A stretch of 32,000 nucleotides of DNA, from contig NC_000964.3 of assembly GCF_000009045.1 (NCBI RefSeq), positions 2,730,001-2,762,000 of the forward strand. Direction: 5' to 3'. The notes beneath the pieces were generated by a model, which was not told where the DNA came from, ran no database searches, and worked only from the letters and a program-made list of their open reading frames with translations. Each line of letters starts with the position of its first letter. The stretch's first letter is position 1. This document shows, piece by piece, positions 8,308-16,607 of this stretch. The position numbers were made by a program, and so were the translations under genes. Source of the DNA: Bacillus subtilis subsp. subtilis str. 168. Lineage in GTDB: Bacteria > Bacillota > Bacilli > Bacillales > Bacillaceae.

Positions 8308-9105
8308 ATGAAAATAGGATTTTTTGATTCAGGAATTGGTGGCATGACTGTATTGTATGAGGCCATAAAAGTTCTTCCTTATGAAGATTACATTTTTTAT
8401 GCAGATACGTTAAACGTTCCATACGGTGAAAAATCAAAGGGTAAAGTTAAAGAATATATTTTCAATGCAGCTGAATTTCTGGCCAGTCAAAATATCAAAG
8501 CTCTTGTTATTGCGTGTAATACAGCTACTAGCATTGCGATAGAGGATCTTCGGAGAAACTTCGACTTTCCGATAATCGGAATCGAACCCGCTGTAAAGCC
8601 TGCTATAAATAAATGTACAGAGGAAAGAAAAAGAGTTCTGGTAGTTGCTACTAATTTGACGCTTAAAGAAGAGAAATTTCATAATCTAGTTAAAGAAATT
8701 GATCACCATGACCTTGTTGATTGCTTAGCTCTTCCAGGACTAGTTGAATTTGCTGAGAACTTTGATTTTAGTGAAGACAAAATCATTAAATATCTAAAGA
8801 ACGAACTATCTTCTTTTGATCTGAAACAATATGGAACGATTGTGTTAGGATGCACTCATTTTCCGTTTTTCAAAAACAGTTTTGAAAAACTGTTTGGGAT
8901 AAAAGTTGATATGATTTCAGGCAGTGTCGGTACTGCAAAACAGTTGAAAAAAGTTCTTGCAGATCGTAACCAGCTTGGTAAAGGATCGGGCTCAATCACC
9001 TTTTTCAATTCTGGCCATAAAATTGTGGACCAAGAAGTCATATCAAAGTACAAAAGATTGTTTGAAATATTAGATGAAACTCAAAGGAGTCATGTTGGAC
9101 ATTGA
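8308..9105 (+). CDS. yrpC: Glutamate racemase paralog (Asp/Glu racemase family)
   Basis: MKIGFFDSGIGG N-terminus plus the two catalytic Cys motifs ACNTAT and GCTHFP. The track starts 3 nt earlier at a GTG (8305). Confidence 0.9.
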   Translation: MKIGFFDSGIGGMTVLYEAIKVLPYEDYIFYADTLNVPYGEKSKGKVKEYIFNAAEFLASQNIKALVIACNTATSIAIEDLRRNFDFPIIGIEPAVKPAINKCTEERKRVLVVATNLTLKEEKFHNLVKEIDHHDLVDCLALPGLVEFAENFDFSEDKIIKYLKNELSSFDLKQYGTIVLGCTHFPFFKNSFEKLFGIKVDMISGSVGTAKQLKKVLADRNQLGKGSGSITFFNSGHKIVDQEVISKYKRLFEILDETQRSHVGH

Positions 9106-9151
9106 ATGTAAATGAAAAAGACAATCTCCTGAAGAGAAACATGAACTAAGA

Positions 9152-9178
9152 AGCGGGCTTAAAAAGCCCACTTTTTTT
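9152..9178 (+). terminator. Terminator after yrpC
   Basis: GCGGGCTT-AAAA-AAGCCCAC hairpin followed by T7. Confidence 0.75.
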
Positions 9179-9220
9179 CTAACAAACAATTGAGTTATAC
9201 ACACATATCTGATTACAGTG

Positions 9221-9257
9221 TTTTCTCTCTTTCCCCTCTTATTTCTCCCCCCTCTCT
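9221..9257 (+). other. 37-nt polypyrimidine (CT) tract upstream of yrpD
   Basis: TTTTCTCTCTTTCCCCTCTTATTTCTCCCCCCTCTCT has 36 of 37 bases as C/T. Read directly from the sequence. Confidence 0.9.
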
Positions 9258-9482
9258 ATAGCTTTTCTATTTCAATAAAACACAAGTCTCGATTGAAAAG
9301 TTATCGTAACATTTACACTTCACAGGAGATTTTTCACGATTGCGAATCGACCGTTTGCCAGATGCACAAAGTCATAATGTGTAAATTCTGTATCTATGTG
9401 CATGTTTATTATGGAATTATTTTCATAATGTTTTATAATACAAGATGATAGCGTTTTCTAATTATAATGATAGGGGGAAATA

Positions 9483-10193
9483 ATGATGATGAAAAAAGGT
9501 CTGCTTGCGGGTGCGCTTACGGCAACCGTGCTTTTTGGCACATGTGCAGTAGATGTACCGGGTATTATTAGTCCAAAAACCGCAGAAGCTGCATCACAGC
9601 TAACTGATGGAATCGGCGGGAGGGCTTACTTGAACAGTAATGGTGCCATTCTTGTTACGAAAATCCAGCTTCCTAGCTCCACTCAGGTTTCAAATGGGAC
9701 AGCCTACATCTACTCTGGTTTTAGCGGAGGCACAGAATCCGATATCGGGTTTCAGTACAGTGATAAATATAATGTATGGAAACCATATATGAAAGTCGGT
9801 TCAAAAGGACAGGATCAGGTTCAGTACCTCGAAGGAGGAAGCCAATTCACGAATACGAAAGGCTTCCGTCCCGGCAGCACCGTACAACTTACCATCTACA
9901 AAAACCTTAACGGCAATACCCGCGCTACATACTGGGGCACGAACAATGCCGGATACAACGGCCGTCTCATTTCAGAAATCAGCAAAACAAATGTCGGCTC
10001 CATCTCAAAATGGAAAGCGCTCGCTACAGTTGCAACAACAGGGTCACGCCAATCTATCAAATCAAACTTTTCAACATCTTTTACAAACATCACCATCGAC
10101 AACAAAGCAATAACACCTGTAATTGATACACAAGACTTCGCTAAAGTAACAGTCTCAGGCAACAGTGTCAGTTTATCCGTTGTCAAAAATTAA
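9483..10193 (+). CDS. yrpD: Secreted protein of unknown function (236 aa, Sec signal peptide)
   Basis: N-terminal [25 protein letters not shown]...KTAEA|AS looks like a signal peptide with an AxA cleavage site. The mature part is Ser/Thr/Gly/Asn-rich and beta-like. AGGGGGA RBS. I recognise no catalytic motif. Confidence 0.75.
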   Translation: MMMKKGLLAGALTATVLFGTCAVDVPGIISPKTAEAASQLTDGIGGRAYLNSNGAILVTKIQLPSSTQVSNGTAYIYSGFSGGTESDIGFQYSDKYNVWKPYMKVGSKGQDQVQYLEGGSQFTNTKGFRPGSTVQLTIYKNLNGNTRATYWGTNNAGYNGRLISEISKTNVGSISKWKALATVATTGSRQSIKSNFSTSFTNITIDNKAITPVIDTQDFAKVTVSGNSVSLSVVKN

Positions 10194-10245
10194 AACATGT
10201 TAAACATACAATGCGTTAGGCTATTGAGAAGCTCTCGATAGTCTT

Positions 10246-10272
10246 AAAGGGGGCTTAACATGCCCCTTTTTT
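10246..10272 (+). terminator. Terminator after yrpD
   Basis: AAAGGGGGC..GCCCCTTTTTT hairpin with a T-run, preceded by a second hairpin CTATTGAGA/TCTCGATAG. Confidence 0.7.
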
Positions 10273-10768
10273 CATTTCAATTTAACTTTCAGTTAGCTTC
10301 GGTACATGCCGTCTATCCCCGTCTTTTATCTGGGTGAAGTAAGGGCAGCTCGCCCCTTCTGAACCTGTTCCATTTGCTCAACGCAAAAGGTGTGCATCAC
10401 TGTCTTAAAAATGTTAAAACAAATAGCAGATGGTGCACTTTATTTTTAGATGAGGCATGCTTACGCTCGATATGCAAGTCAAATGATTAAGGGTCTGCAA
10501 GAGAGAGAAGTTTTGGGTGTACTTTCATAAAAGAGGGATGGCTTCATATAGCTCGATTGCATCAGGAAGATTAGCCAACGATTGGCCGAGAACAACACAT
10601 CACTTTGAAACGGATTCATTCCAAAATCATAAGTATGATCCAATAACTAATAAAGATCAGTTAGCAGTCCAGCCTTAAAAATATTTTTACATCAATTAAA
10701 CTAGCATCACTATCGAATAAGCTCGATCTGCATATCATGTACTATCCTCTTTTAAGGAAGGTGATGTT

Positions 10769-10846
10769 ATGAGGTCATTTCCATTAATCGTAGTTCTATT
10801 CATCCTATTAATCATCGTTGGGACATCTTTCTTTGGTGGCTATTAA
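10769..10846 (+). CDS. Tiny transmembrane peptide, 25 aa (YjcZ / Tiny_TM_bacill-like)
   Basis: AAGGAAGGTGA RBS, then ATG at 10769. MRSFPLIVVLFILLIIVGTSFFGGY* contains the LIVVLFILLIIVG core that I recall as the signature of the Bacillus tiny-TM family. A strong terminator follows. It is below the 60-aa cutoff of the ORF track. Confidence 0.6.
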   Translation: MRSFPLIVVLFILLIIVGTSFFGGY

Positions 10847-10870
10847 GAACACACCTTACCTCATATCCAT

Positions 10871-10907
10871 CAGACGCCATAAGAAATCTTTATGGCGTCT
10901 GTTTTTT
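10871..10907 (+). terminator. Terminator after the tiny-TM gene
   Basis: CAGACGCCATA / TATGGCGTCTG 11-bp stem with an 8-nt loop and T6. Confidence 0.8.
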
Positions 10908-11075
10908 ATTAGATTTAAACAAAACCATTAAAGTGGGCCATGCAAACACACCTATGGAGATTACTGCCACGACTTCTTTGTGAGGGAATTATTCTTCCCT
11001 TTATGGACTATTGTCGATCAAAAGAGAAAGTTGAAATGCATTTTTATGGTGAGATGAATCGAGGCTTAGACATAT

Positions 11076-11116
11076 AAAAAACCGCAAAGCTTTCTTGAAG
11101 AAGCTTTGCGGTTTTT
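11076..11116. terminator. Bidirectional terminator
   Basis: AAAAAACCGCAAAGCTT-loop-AAGCTTTGCGGTTTTT: a perfect 11-bp stem flanked by an A-run and a T-run. Confidence 0.8.
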
Positions 11117-11132
11117 GGGTCTCTTCTTTGCT

Positions 11133-11294
11133 TCATATAAGCCAATAGATTTCAAGCGTAATCCACTGCCATACATCCAATGATTTTTTATTTTGAAATA
11201 GGTTTCTTCTACTCTTCATGTGAGATGACTCAAGGTATGCCACGTCACAATAATATGGCGGATACTGAATGGTCTCAATCAGTTTTTTCCCCAT
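11133..11294 (-). CDS. Candidate 53-aa ORF between zinT and its terminator
   Basis: GGAGA lies 8 nt upstream of the ATG at 11294. MGKKLIETIQYPPYYCDVAYLESSHMKSRRNLFQNKKSLDVWQWITLEIYWLI* ends 17 nt before the bidirectional terminator. I recognise no family. Confidence 0.3.
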   Translation of the reverse strand: MGKKLIETIQYPPYYCDVAYLESSHMKSRRNLFQNKKSLDVWQWITLEIYWLI

Positions 11295-11356
11295 TCTATC
11301 AATTCTCCACAGAAAAAATGGCTATGGCAGAACAACTTTCATAGAGTAATCATCAT

Positions 11357-12112
11357 TTAATGAGCCATCATCTCATGGGCAATATCGTGTCCATCCATTT
11401 TTGACGGGTAGTAAGTAGGCCAGTTTTTGACTTCATCAAGTAAAGCTTCACGGTCGTCCCCCCAATAGAGATGGTAATGACTAGCTTTAGTCGGGTAAAT
11501 ACTATGATCACTAAACTGAATATACTGAGGCAGCCCTTCTGCTTTTTTAGCTAGTTTGAATATGTATCTTACCCCTCTATTGCCCGCATCATAGGTTAGA
11601 ATTTCGTATCCGTCATACGTATACTTACCAGAATATTCTTTTCCATTTTTGAAGAACGTTACAGTATCTTTCTGGATTACAATACGGTCAACATCTGTTT
11701 GATAGCCTTTTTTATAATACTCTTTATATTCTTCAGCTGTCTTGCCGCCTTCGTGTTCTGATTTATATGAAAACACTTCGTCAAGAGTACCATCTTGCAG
11801 GTATGGATATACAGATTGCCAATCTCCTTCCCAATCAGAAAGTAAGCGATCCTTTACTTGGCTGTTTTTAAAATAGCCTTCATATATTTTTTCTGTTTCT
11901 TCATCATGCGCATGACTATGATCGTGAGAATGTTCGTGTGTATGACTGTCAGATGTTTGCTCTTGCGTTTTGGAAGAGTCTTCTTCAACTGCTGAGGATG
12001 ATGTTGTTTGATTAGACTCACCTGCAGAAGAACCGGAAGTCTGACATCCTGCCAAAACTAGTAATGAACCAATCGTTAATATGCCTAGCCGTTTTGAAAA
12101 TAAAATGTTCAT
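11357..12112 (-). CDS. zinT: ZinT/YodA-family zinc-binding lipoprotein (251 aa)
   Basis: Lipobox LVLAGC, a His-rich tract HTHEHSHDHSHAHDEE, and a C-terminal ZinT-like lipocalin domain (..YIQFSDHSIYPTKASHYHLYWG..). A Zur box sits in the promoter. Confidence 0.9.
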   Translation of the reverse strand: MNILFSKRLGILTIGSLLVLAGCQTSGSSAGESNQTTSSSAVEEDSSKTQEQTSDSHTHEHSHDHSHAHDEETEKIYEGYFKNSQVKDRLLSDWEGDWQSVYPYLQDGTLDEVFSYKSEHEGGKTAEEYKEYYKKGYQTDVDRIVIQKDTVTFFKNGKEYSGKYTYDGYEILTYDAGNRGVRYIFKLAKKAEGLPQYIQFSDHSIYPTKASHYHLYWGDDREALLDEVKNWPTYYPSKMDGHDIAHEMMAH

Positions 12113-12132
12113 TCCAACACTCCTTTTTTATT

Positions 12133-12153
12133 AAATCGAAAACATTACGATTT
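12133..12153 (-). promoter_or_regulatory. Zur box
   Basis: The minus strand reads AAATCGTAATGTTTTCGATTT. One half-site TCGTAAT is perfect and the other matches 5/7 against the B. subtilis Zur 7-1-7 consensus TCGTAAT-N-ATTACGA. It lies immediately downstream of the -10. Confidence 0.75.
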
Positions 12154-12182
12154 ATTATACATACATCTCTTGCAAACATCAA
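12154..12182 (-). promoter_or_regulatory. Putative sigma-A promoter of zinT
   Basis: Minus strand TTGATG, 17 nt, TATAAT. Confidence 0.6.
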
Positions 12183-12210
12183 AGGAAAAATGCTCTTCAT
12201 GCGGATGGCC

Positions 12211-12259
12211 TATTTTAAAGGAATAACTGACTATGTTCATCAGTTATTCCTTTAAAATA
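12211..12259 (-). terminator. 20-bp perfect inverted repeat overlapping the sigZ stop codon (probable terminator or RNA-stabilising hairpin)
   Basis: Arms at 12211-12230 and 12240-12259 are perfectly complementary with a 9-nt loop. There is no clean U-tract on either strand. Confidence 0.5.
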
Positions 12260-12774
12260 CGAAAGTCTACGATATTTCCATATCGATCCGCTTCAATGTG
12301 ACAGCACCCCTCAAGCAGCTGTTTTAATTTTCCACGTCCGCGTTGTACCCTTGATTTTGCTCCGGAGTAAGAAATGCCGAGCTTTTCACTCAACTCTTTT
12401 TGTGATAACCCCTGGAAATCAGTTAACTCGAGCGCCTCTCGATACTTTTCAGGCAACCGTTTGATGGTCGATCGAATACACACAGTTGCTTCCTTGGTGA
12501 AATTTTCTTCCTCTGCACTGTCATTAAAATGTAGAACATCAGGCAATATTTCGCTTGTTTTTTTTGTACGGTAAAAATCAATAATCGTATTTCTAGTGAT
12601 CCGATAAATCCAGCTGTCGATCTTTTGTTCATCGATCAGATTTGGGAGATGCACTTGTATTTTCATAAATACGATTTGCAAGAGGTCATCAACGATAGAT
12701 TGATCGTTAACCCTATGTGAAATATATGTTTTTAACGGCTGATGAAATTGATCCCATAGATCCTCTATATTCAT
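12244..12774 (-). CDS. sigZ: ECF (group 4) RNA polymerase sigma factor (176 aa)
   Basis: Region 2 (..IVFMKIQVHLPNL...WIYRITRNTIIDFYR) and region 4 HTH (LTDFQGLSQKELSEKLGISYSGAKSRVQRGR). AGGAGG RBS. Confidence 0.9.
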   Translation of the reverse strand: MNIEDLWDQFHQPLKTYISHRVNDQSIVDDLLQIVFMKIQVHLPNLIDEQKIDSWIYRITRNTIIDFYRTKKTSEILPDVLHFNDSAEEENFTKEATVCIRSTIKRLPEKYREALELTDFQGLSQKELSEKLGISYSGAKSRVQRGRGKLKQLLEGCCHIEADRYGNIVDFRILKE

Positions 12775-12908
12775 TTGAAAAAACCTCCTATAATTTTGCG
12801 TCTGCTTTACATTTGCTTCGTCTTTTTAATCGTAACAAAGAGCAAACAATTGTTGAATCAATTGTATTGCAGCTGTTGCCAAAAATAATGATAAAGGAGA
12901 GGTTTGTT

Positions 12909-13889
12909 GTGGAGTATACCTATTTAGGGAGAACAGGATTGCGGGTGAGCCGTTTATGTTTAGGCACGATGAATTTTGGAGTTGATACAGACGAAAAGAC
13001 TGCGTTCCGTATCATGGATGAAGCACTTGATAACGGCATTCAATTTTTTGATACTGCCAATATTTACGGCTGGGGCAAAAACGCAGGATTGACAGAGAGC
13101 ATCATTGGAAAATGGTTTGCACAAGGAGGACAGCGCCGCGAGAAAGTTGTTCTGGCGACAAAAGTATATGAACCGATTTCTGATCCGAATGACGGACCAA
13201 ATGATATGAGGGGCTTGTCTCTATACAAAATCAGACGTCATCTGGAAGGATCACTGAAGCGGCTTCAGACAGATCATATCGAATTGTACCAAATGCATCA
13301 TATCGATAGGCGGACACCGTGGGATGAGATATGGGAAGCTTTTGAGACTCAGGTTCGCTCCGGCAAAGTAGACTATATTGGATCCAGTAATTTTGCAGGC
13401 TGGCATTTAGTTAAAGCGCAAGCTGAAGCTGAAAAACGGCGATTCATGGGACTCGTCACTGAACAGCATAAGTATAGTTTATTAGAACGAACAGCTGAAA
13501 TGGAAGTGCTGCCGGCTGCACGGGATCTTGGTTTAGGAGTAGTGGCGTGGAGTCCCCTTGCAGGAGGGCTTCTTGGCGGGAAGGCATTGAAAAGCAATGC
13601 CGGAACTCGTACAGCAAAAAGAGCAGATTTAATTGAAAAACATCGTTTGCAACTCGAGAAATTTTCAGATTTATGCAAAGAACTAGGAGAAAAAGAAGCA
13701 AATGTGGCTTTGGCATGGGTGCTGGCAAATCCAGTTTTAACTGCGCCGATCATCGGACCACGAACGGTTGAGCAGCTGCGTGATACGATAAAAGCCGTTG
13801 AAATCAGTCTGGATAAGGAGATTCTCCGCATGTTAAATGATATCTTTCCCGGACCTGGAGGAGAGACACCTGAGGCATACGCCTGGTGA
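12909..13889 (+). CDS. yrpG: Aldo-keto reductase (326 aa, GTG start)
   Basis: AKR motifs (LGRTGLRVSRLCLGTMNFG, FFDTANIYG, ATKV, GSSNF). The AAAGGAGAG RBS precedes the GTG at 12909. The longer track ORF (from 12717) would overlap sigZ and has no RBS. Confidence 0.9.
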   Translation: MEYTYLGRTGLRVSRLCLGTMNFGVDTDEKTAFRIMDEALDNGIQFFDTANIYGWGKNAGLTESIIGKWFAQGGQRREKVVLATKVYEPISDPNDGPNDMRGLSLYKIRRHLEGSLKRLQTDHIELYQMHHIDRRTPWDEIWEAFETQVRSGKVDYIGSSNFAGWHLVKAQAEAEKRRFMGLVTEQHKYSLLERTAEMEVLPAARDLGLGVVAWSPLAGGLLGGKALKSNAGTRTAKRADLIEKHRLQLEKFSDLCKELGEKEANVALAWVLANPVLTAPIIGPRTVEQLRDTIKAVEISLDKEILRMLNDIFPGPGGETPEAYAW

Positions 13890-13950
13890 TACATTCATTA
13901 CTCAATACTGACATTTTTCTTAAATATTTATACTGAACTATCATATTAAG

Positions 13951-13983
13951 AAAGACAAGAGCATGTTTGTCTCTTGTCTTTTC
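13951..13983 (+). terminator. Terminator after yrpG
   Basis: AAAGACAAGAG / CTCTTGTCTTT stem with a 9-nt loop and a short T-run. Confidence 0.6.
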
Positions 13984-14162
13984 CACATCGTGCTGAAAAT
14001 GCTGGCTAAACATCGACAAAAATGCTGCCGCTTAAAAAAGAACCCTAAACAATAGAGTAACTGGAAAGACAACTGGCTTGATCAGCTTGGGACCCCTTTC
14101 AGCTGTATTTAAATCAATCAAACTAATGATTCATTGGCAGTCTAAATATTATTATTGTTTCT

Positions 14163-15479
14163 TTACAAAATAGTAATAGCCCCTGTAATGATTGCTAACA
14201 ACGTAATAACTAATGATGTAATTACAGCCCACTTAACGGCAAACCTTTGAAATGACCCCAAGTCCATTTTAAGCATGCTTACTAGCAATACTGTTGACGC
14301 AACCAATGGACTCATCAGATGAACCGGCTGCCCCATTATAGAAGCCCTTGCAATTTCTACTGGTTCTATACCATATGCTGAGGCAGCTTCTGCAAAGATA
14401 GGTACCATACCAAAGTAATATGCATCATTTGATAAAACAAAAGTAAACGGAATACTAGTGAGTGCTACAATAACGGGGAAAAACCCTCCCATTGATGAGG
14501 GGATGATGGATATTAATGATCCTGCTATGGCATCCACCATCTTTGTCCCGGATAATATACCAGCAAATACTCCTGCTGAAAATACCAATAATACCACGGT
14601 TATGGCATTACCAGAATGCTCGGCGATTCGCTCCTTCTGCATTTTTACATTCGGATAATTTATAGTAAGGGCAAGAACAAAACCAATTAAAAATAAAACT
14701 GACGGATGCTTAGTTCCAAGCACAATAAACACCATGATACTTATAACGAGGAATAAATTAAGATATATTAAGCGTGGCCTTTTCAATTGTTCGCTCTCCA
14801 AAGTAGCAGCCATATAAGATTGAGAGCTGTCCTTTGTTATATGTCTAGGCTCTAATTGAACGATGCCTATTCGATTCCTCTCTTTCCTTCCCATTAGAAA
14901 AGCCAGAAATATCACACAAGCAATACCTCCAAGCATGGTCGGAAGTAATGGCACAAAGAAATCTGAAGGATCCAAACCCAGCACTGAAATCGCTCTTGTA
15001 GCTGGTCCGCCCCATGGAGTCATTCCGCTAACGATACTCAACGACAGCATTGCTAATGTCGCCATAACCATGGGATTCATACCAATTCTTTTATACAAAG
15101 GTAACATTGCTGAGACTGTTATCATATAGGTTGTTGTACCGTCCCCATCTAAAGCGATAAGCATTGCCAAGACGGCAGACCCTATCGCTATTTTCACAGG
15201 GTCTCCCTTTACTATAGATAAAATTTTTTCTATTAGCGGATCAAATAAACCTGCATCAATTAAAATTCCGAAAAAAAGAATAGCAAACAATAGCAATGCC
15301 GCTGAACTTGCAACTGTTTGAATTCCTTCTAAAATCATGTCGCCAATACCCTTACCAAAACCTCCAATAAGAGCAAAAACAATGGGAGTGATGGTCAAGG
15401 CAACAATAGGCGAGACTTTCTTTGTCATTATTAATATTGTAAAAACAGTTACCATCGAAAAACCTAAAATAGTAAGCAT
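14163..15479 (-). CDS. yraO: CitMHS-family (citrate-metal:H+ symporter-like) transporter, 438 aa
   Basis: Polytopic membrane protein with a CitM/CitH-like N-terminus (MLTILGFSMVTVFTILIMTKKVSPIVALTITPIVFALIGGFG). GGAGGTG RBS lies before the ATG at 15479. The track start at 15524 lacks an RBS. Confidence 0.85.
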   Translation of the reverse strand: MLTILGFSMVTVFTILIMTKKVSPIVALTITPIVFALIGGFGKGIGDMILEGIQTVASSAALLLFAILFFGILIDAGLFDPLIEKILSIVKGDPVKIAIGSAVLAMLIALDGDGTTTYMITVSAMLPLYKRIGMNPMVMATLAMLSLSIVSGMTPWGGPATRAISVLGLDPSDFFVPLLPTMLGGIACVIFLAFLMGRKERNRIGIVQLEPRHITKDSSQSYMAATLESEQLKRPRLIYLNLFLVISIMVFIVLGTKHPSVLFLIGFVLALTINYPNVKMQKERIAEHSGNAITVVLLVFSAGVFAGILSGTKMVDAIAGSLISIIPSSMGGFFPVIVALTSIPFTFVLSNDAYYFGMVPIFAEAASAYGIEPVEIARASIMGQPVHLMSPLVASTVLLVSMLKMDLGSFQRFAVKWAVITSLVITLLAIITGAITIL

Positions 15480-15593
15480 ATTACACCTCCAAGAATGCGC
15501 TTTCAAATGACTTTTGATTAACATATCTTATACGGTGTAATAAGTTAAATAAATATTTTTTTACTGTGTTTCAAAAAAAATTCTATCATAACT

Positions 15594-16463
15594 TTAAATG
15601 GTTACCATTTGTTCACCCTTTAAAAAATCAATGAATGCTTTAACGAGTTTGATTCCTAATGATTTTTGATCGTACATTAGCCAAGTATCTCTCATTAGAG
15701 GCTTACCCTTAGCATTATACAGTTCCATTGTGTACAAATGATCAGATTCCTGCAGGCAAATTTCTGGTGCTATGGAGTAACCAAGACCATGCTTTACCAT
15801 CTCTTTGCAAGTCTCTTGTCGATCCACTTCCATTGCAATAATGGGGGCTTGTTTTAGATTCGTATGCATCCAATCTTCTATAATCGTTTTTAAAGAAGCA
15901 TCCGTTTTATATTTGATAAAAGGTAAAAAAGGAAGTTGCTCTATCGTTATTGGTTTTTTTGAGATGATATGTAATTTTTCCCGTGTCAGCCGTTCCTCCA
16001 CCCCTTTCCAGCGATGGCTTCCTCTCAGTATACCGACTTGTACAATACCAGCATCTAATAATTTCATGACATCTGTGCTCCAGCCTGTTTGTACACTATA
16101 TTGGACATTAGGATACATAGTGGAAAATTCCCTTAATAACTTAGGGAGCTTATATTGAGCGAAATTGCTTGATACCCCCAGCCTTAGATGTCCTTGCACC
16201 TCTTTGCTTAGATTAGAGATATGATCTTTGGTATCTTGAAGTTCCTGTAGCATTCTTCTTGCATAAGCAACCAAGTGTTCTCCTTCCGCAGTAAAGGTAA
16301 TTCCTTTATGCCTTTTGGTGAATAATTCAATTCCGAAAATCTCCTCAATCTTTTTCAACCGATAAGTGATGGAAGGCTGTGATGTAAATAATCGTTCTGC
16401 TGTTTTTGTTACACTTTGTTCTTCGTGAAGAATTTTCAATAAAATCCAATCTTTCTCATCCAT
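15594..16463 (-). CDS. yraN: LysR-type transcriptional regulator (289 aa)
   Basis: N-terminal HTH (LLKILHEEQSVTKTAERLFTSQPSITYRLKKIEE) plus a LysR substrate-binding domain. AAAGGAAG RBS lies before the ATG at 16463. Confidence 0.9.
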   Translation of the reverse strand: MDEKDWILLKILHEEQSVTKTAERLFTSQPSITYRLKKIEEIFGIELFTKRHKGITFTAEGEHLVAYARRMLQELQDTKDHISNLSKEVQGHLRLGVSSNFAQYKLPKLLREFSTMYPNVQYSVQTGWSTDVMKLLDAGIVQVGILRGSHRWKGVEERLTREKLHIISKKPITIEQLPFLPFIKYKTDASLKTIIEDWMHTNLKQAPIIAMEVDRQETCKEMVKHGLGYSIAPEICLQESDHLYTMELYNAKGKPLMRDTWLMYDQKSLGIKLVKAFIDFLKGEQMVTI

Positions 16464-16607
16464 TTTCATCTTCCTTTCTAGTCCTTCTTTCACAATTATA
16501 AAAGTTTTTTTATCGAATATTAAGAAAACTTATATTTTATTTTTATTTTTTTACCTTCTACACTAAAAAACATAAAAAATACTACCTTTAAGATGAGGAT
16601 GATGACG

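Noticed and set aside
8172-8437. 64-aa and 74-aa minus-strand ORFs overlapping the yrpC start
   Set aside because: They are antisense to the yrpC promoter and 5' end. They are low complexity and lack an RBS.
9218-9448. 76-aa plus-strand ORF upstream of yrpD
   Set aside because: It begins inside the polypyrimidine tract with a GTG and no RBS. The AT-rich tail is typical of intergenic DNA.
13373-13894. 173-aa and 90-aa minus-strand ORFs inside yrpG
   Set aside because: They are antisense shadows of a well-supported aldo-keto reductase gene. They are Ser/Arg/Pro-rich, with no RBS or family resemblance.
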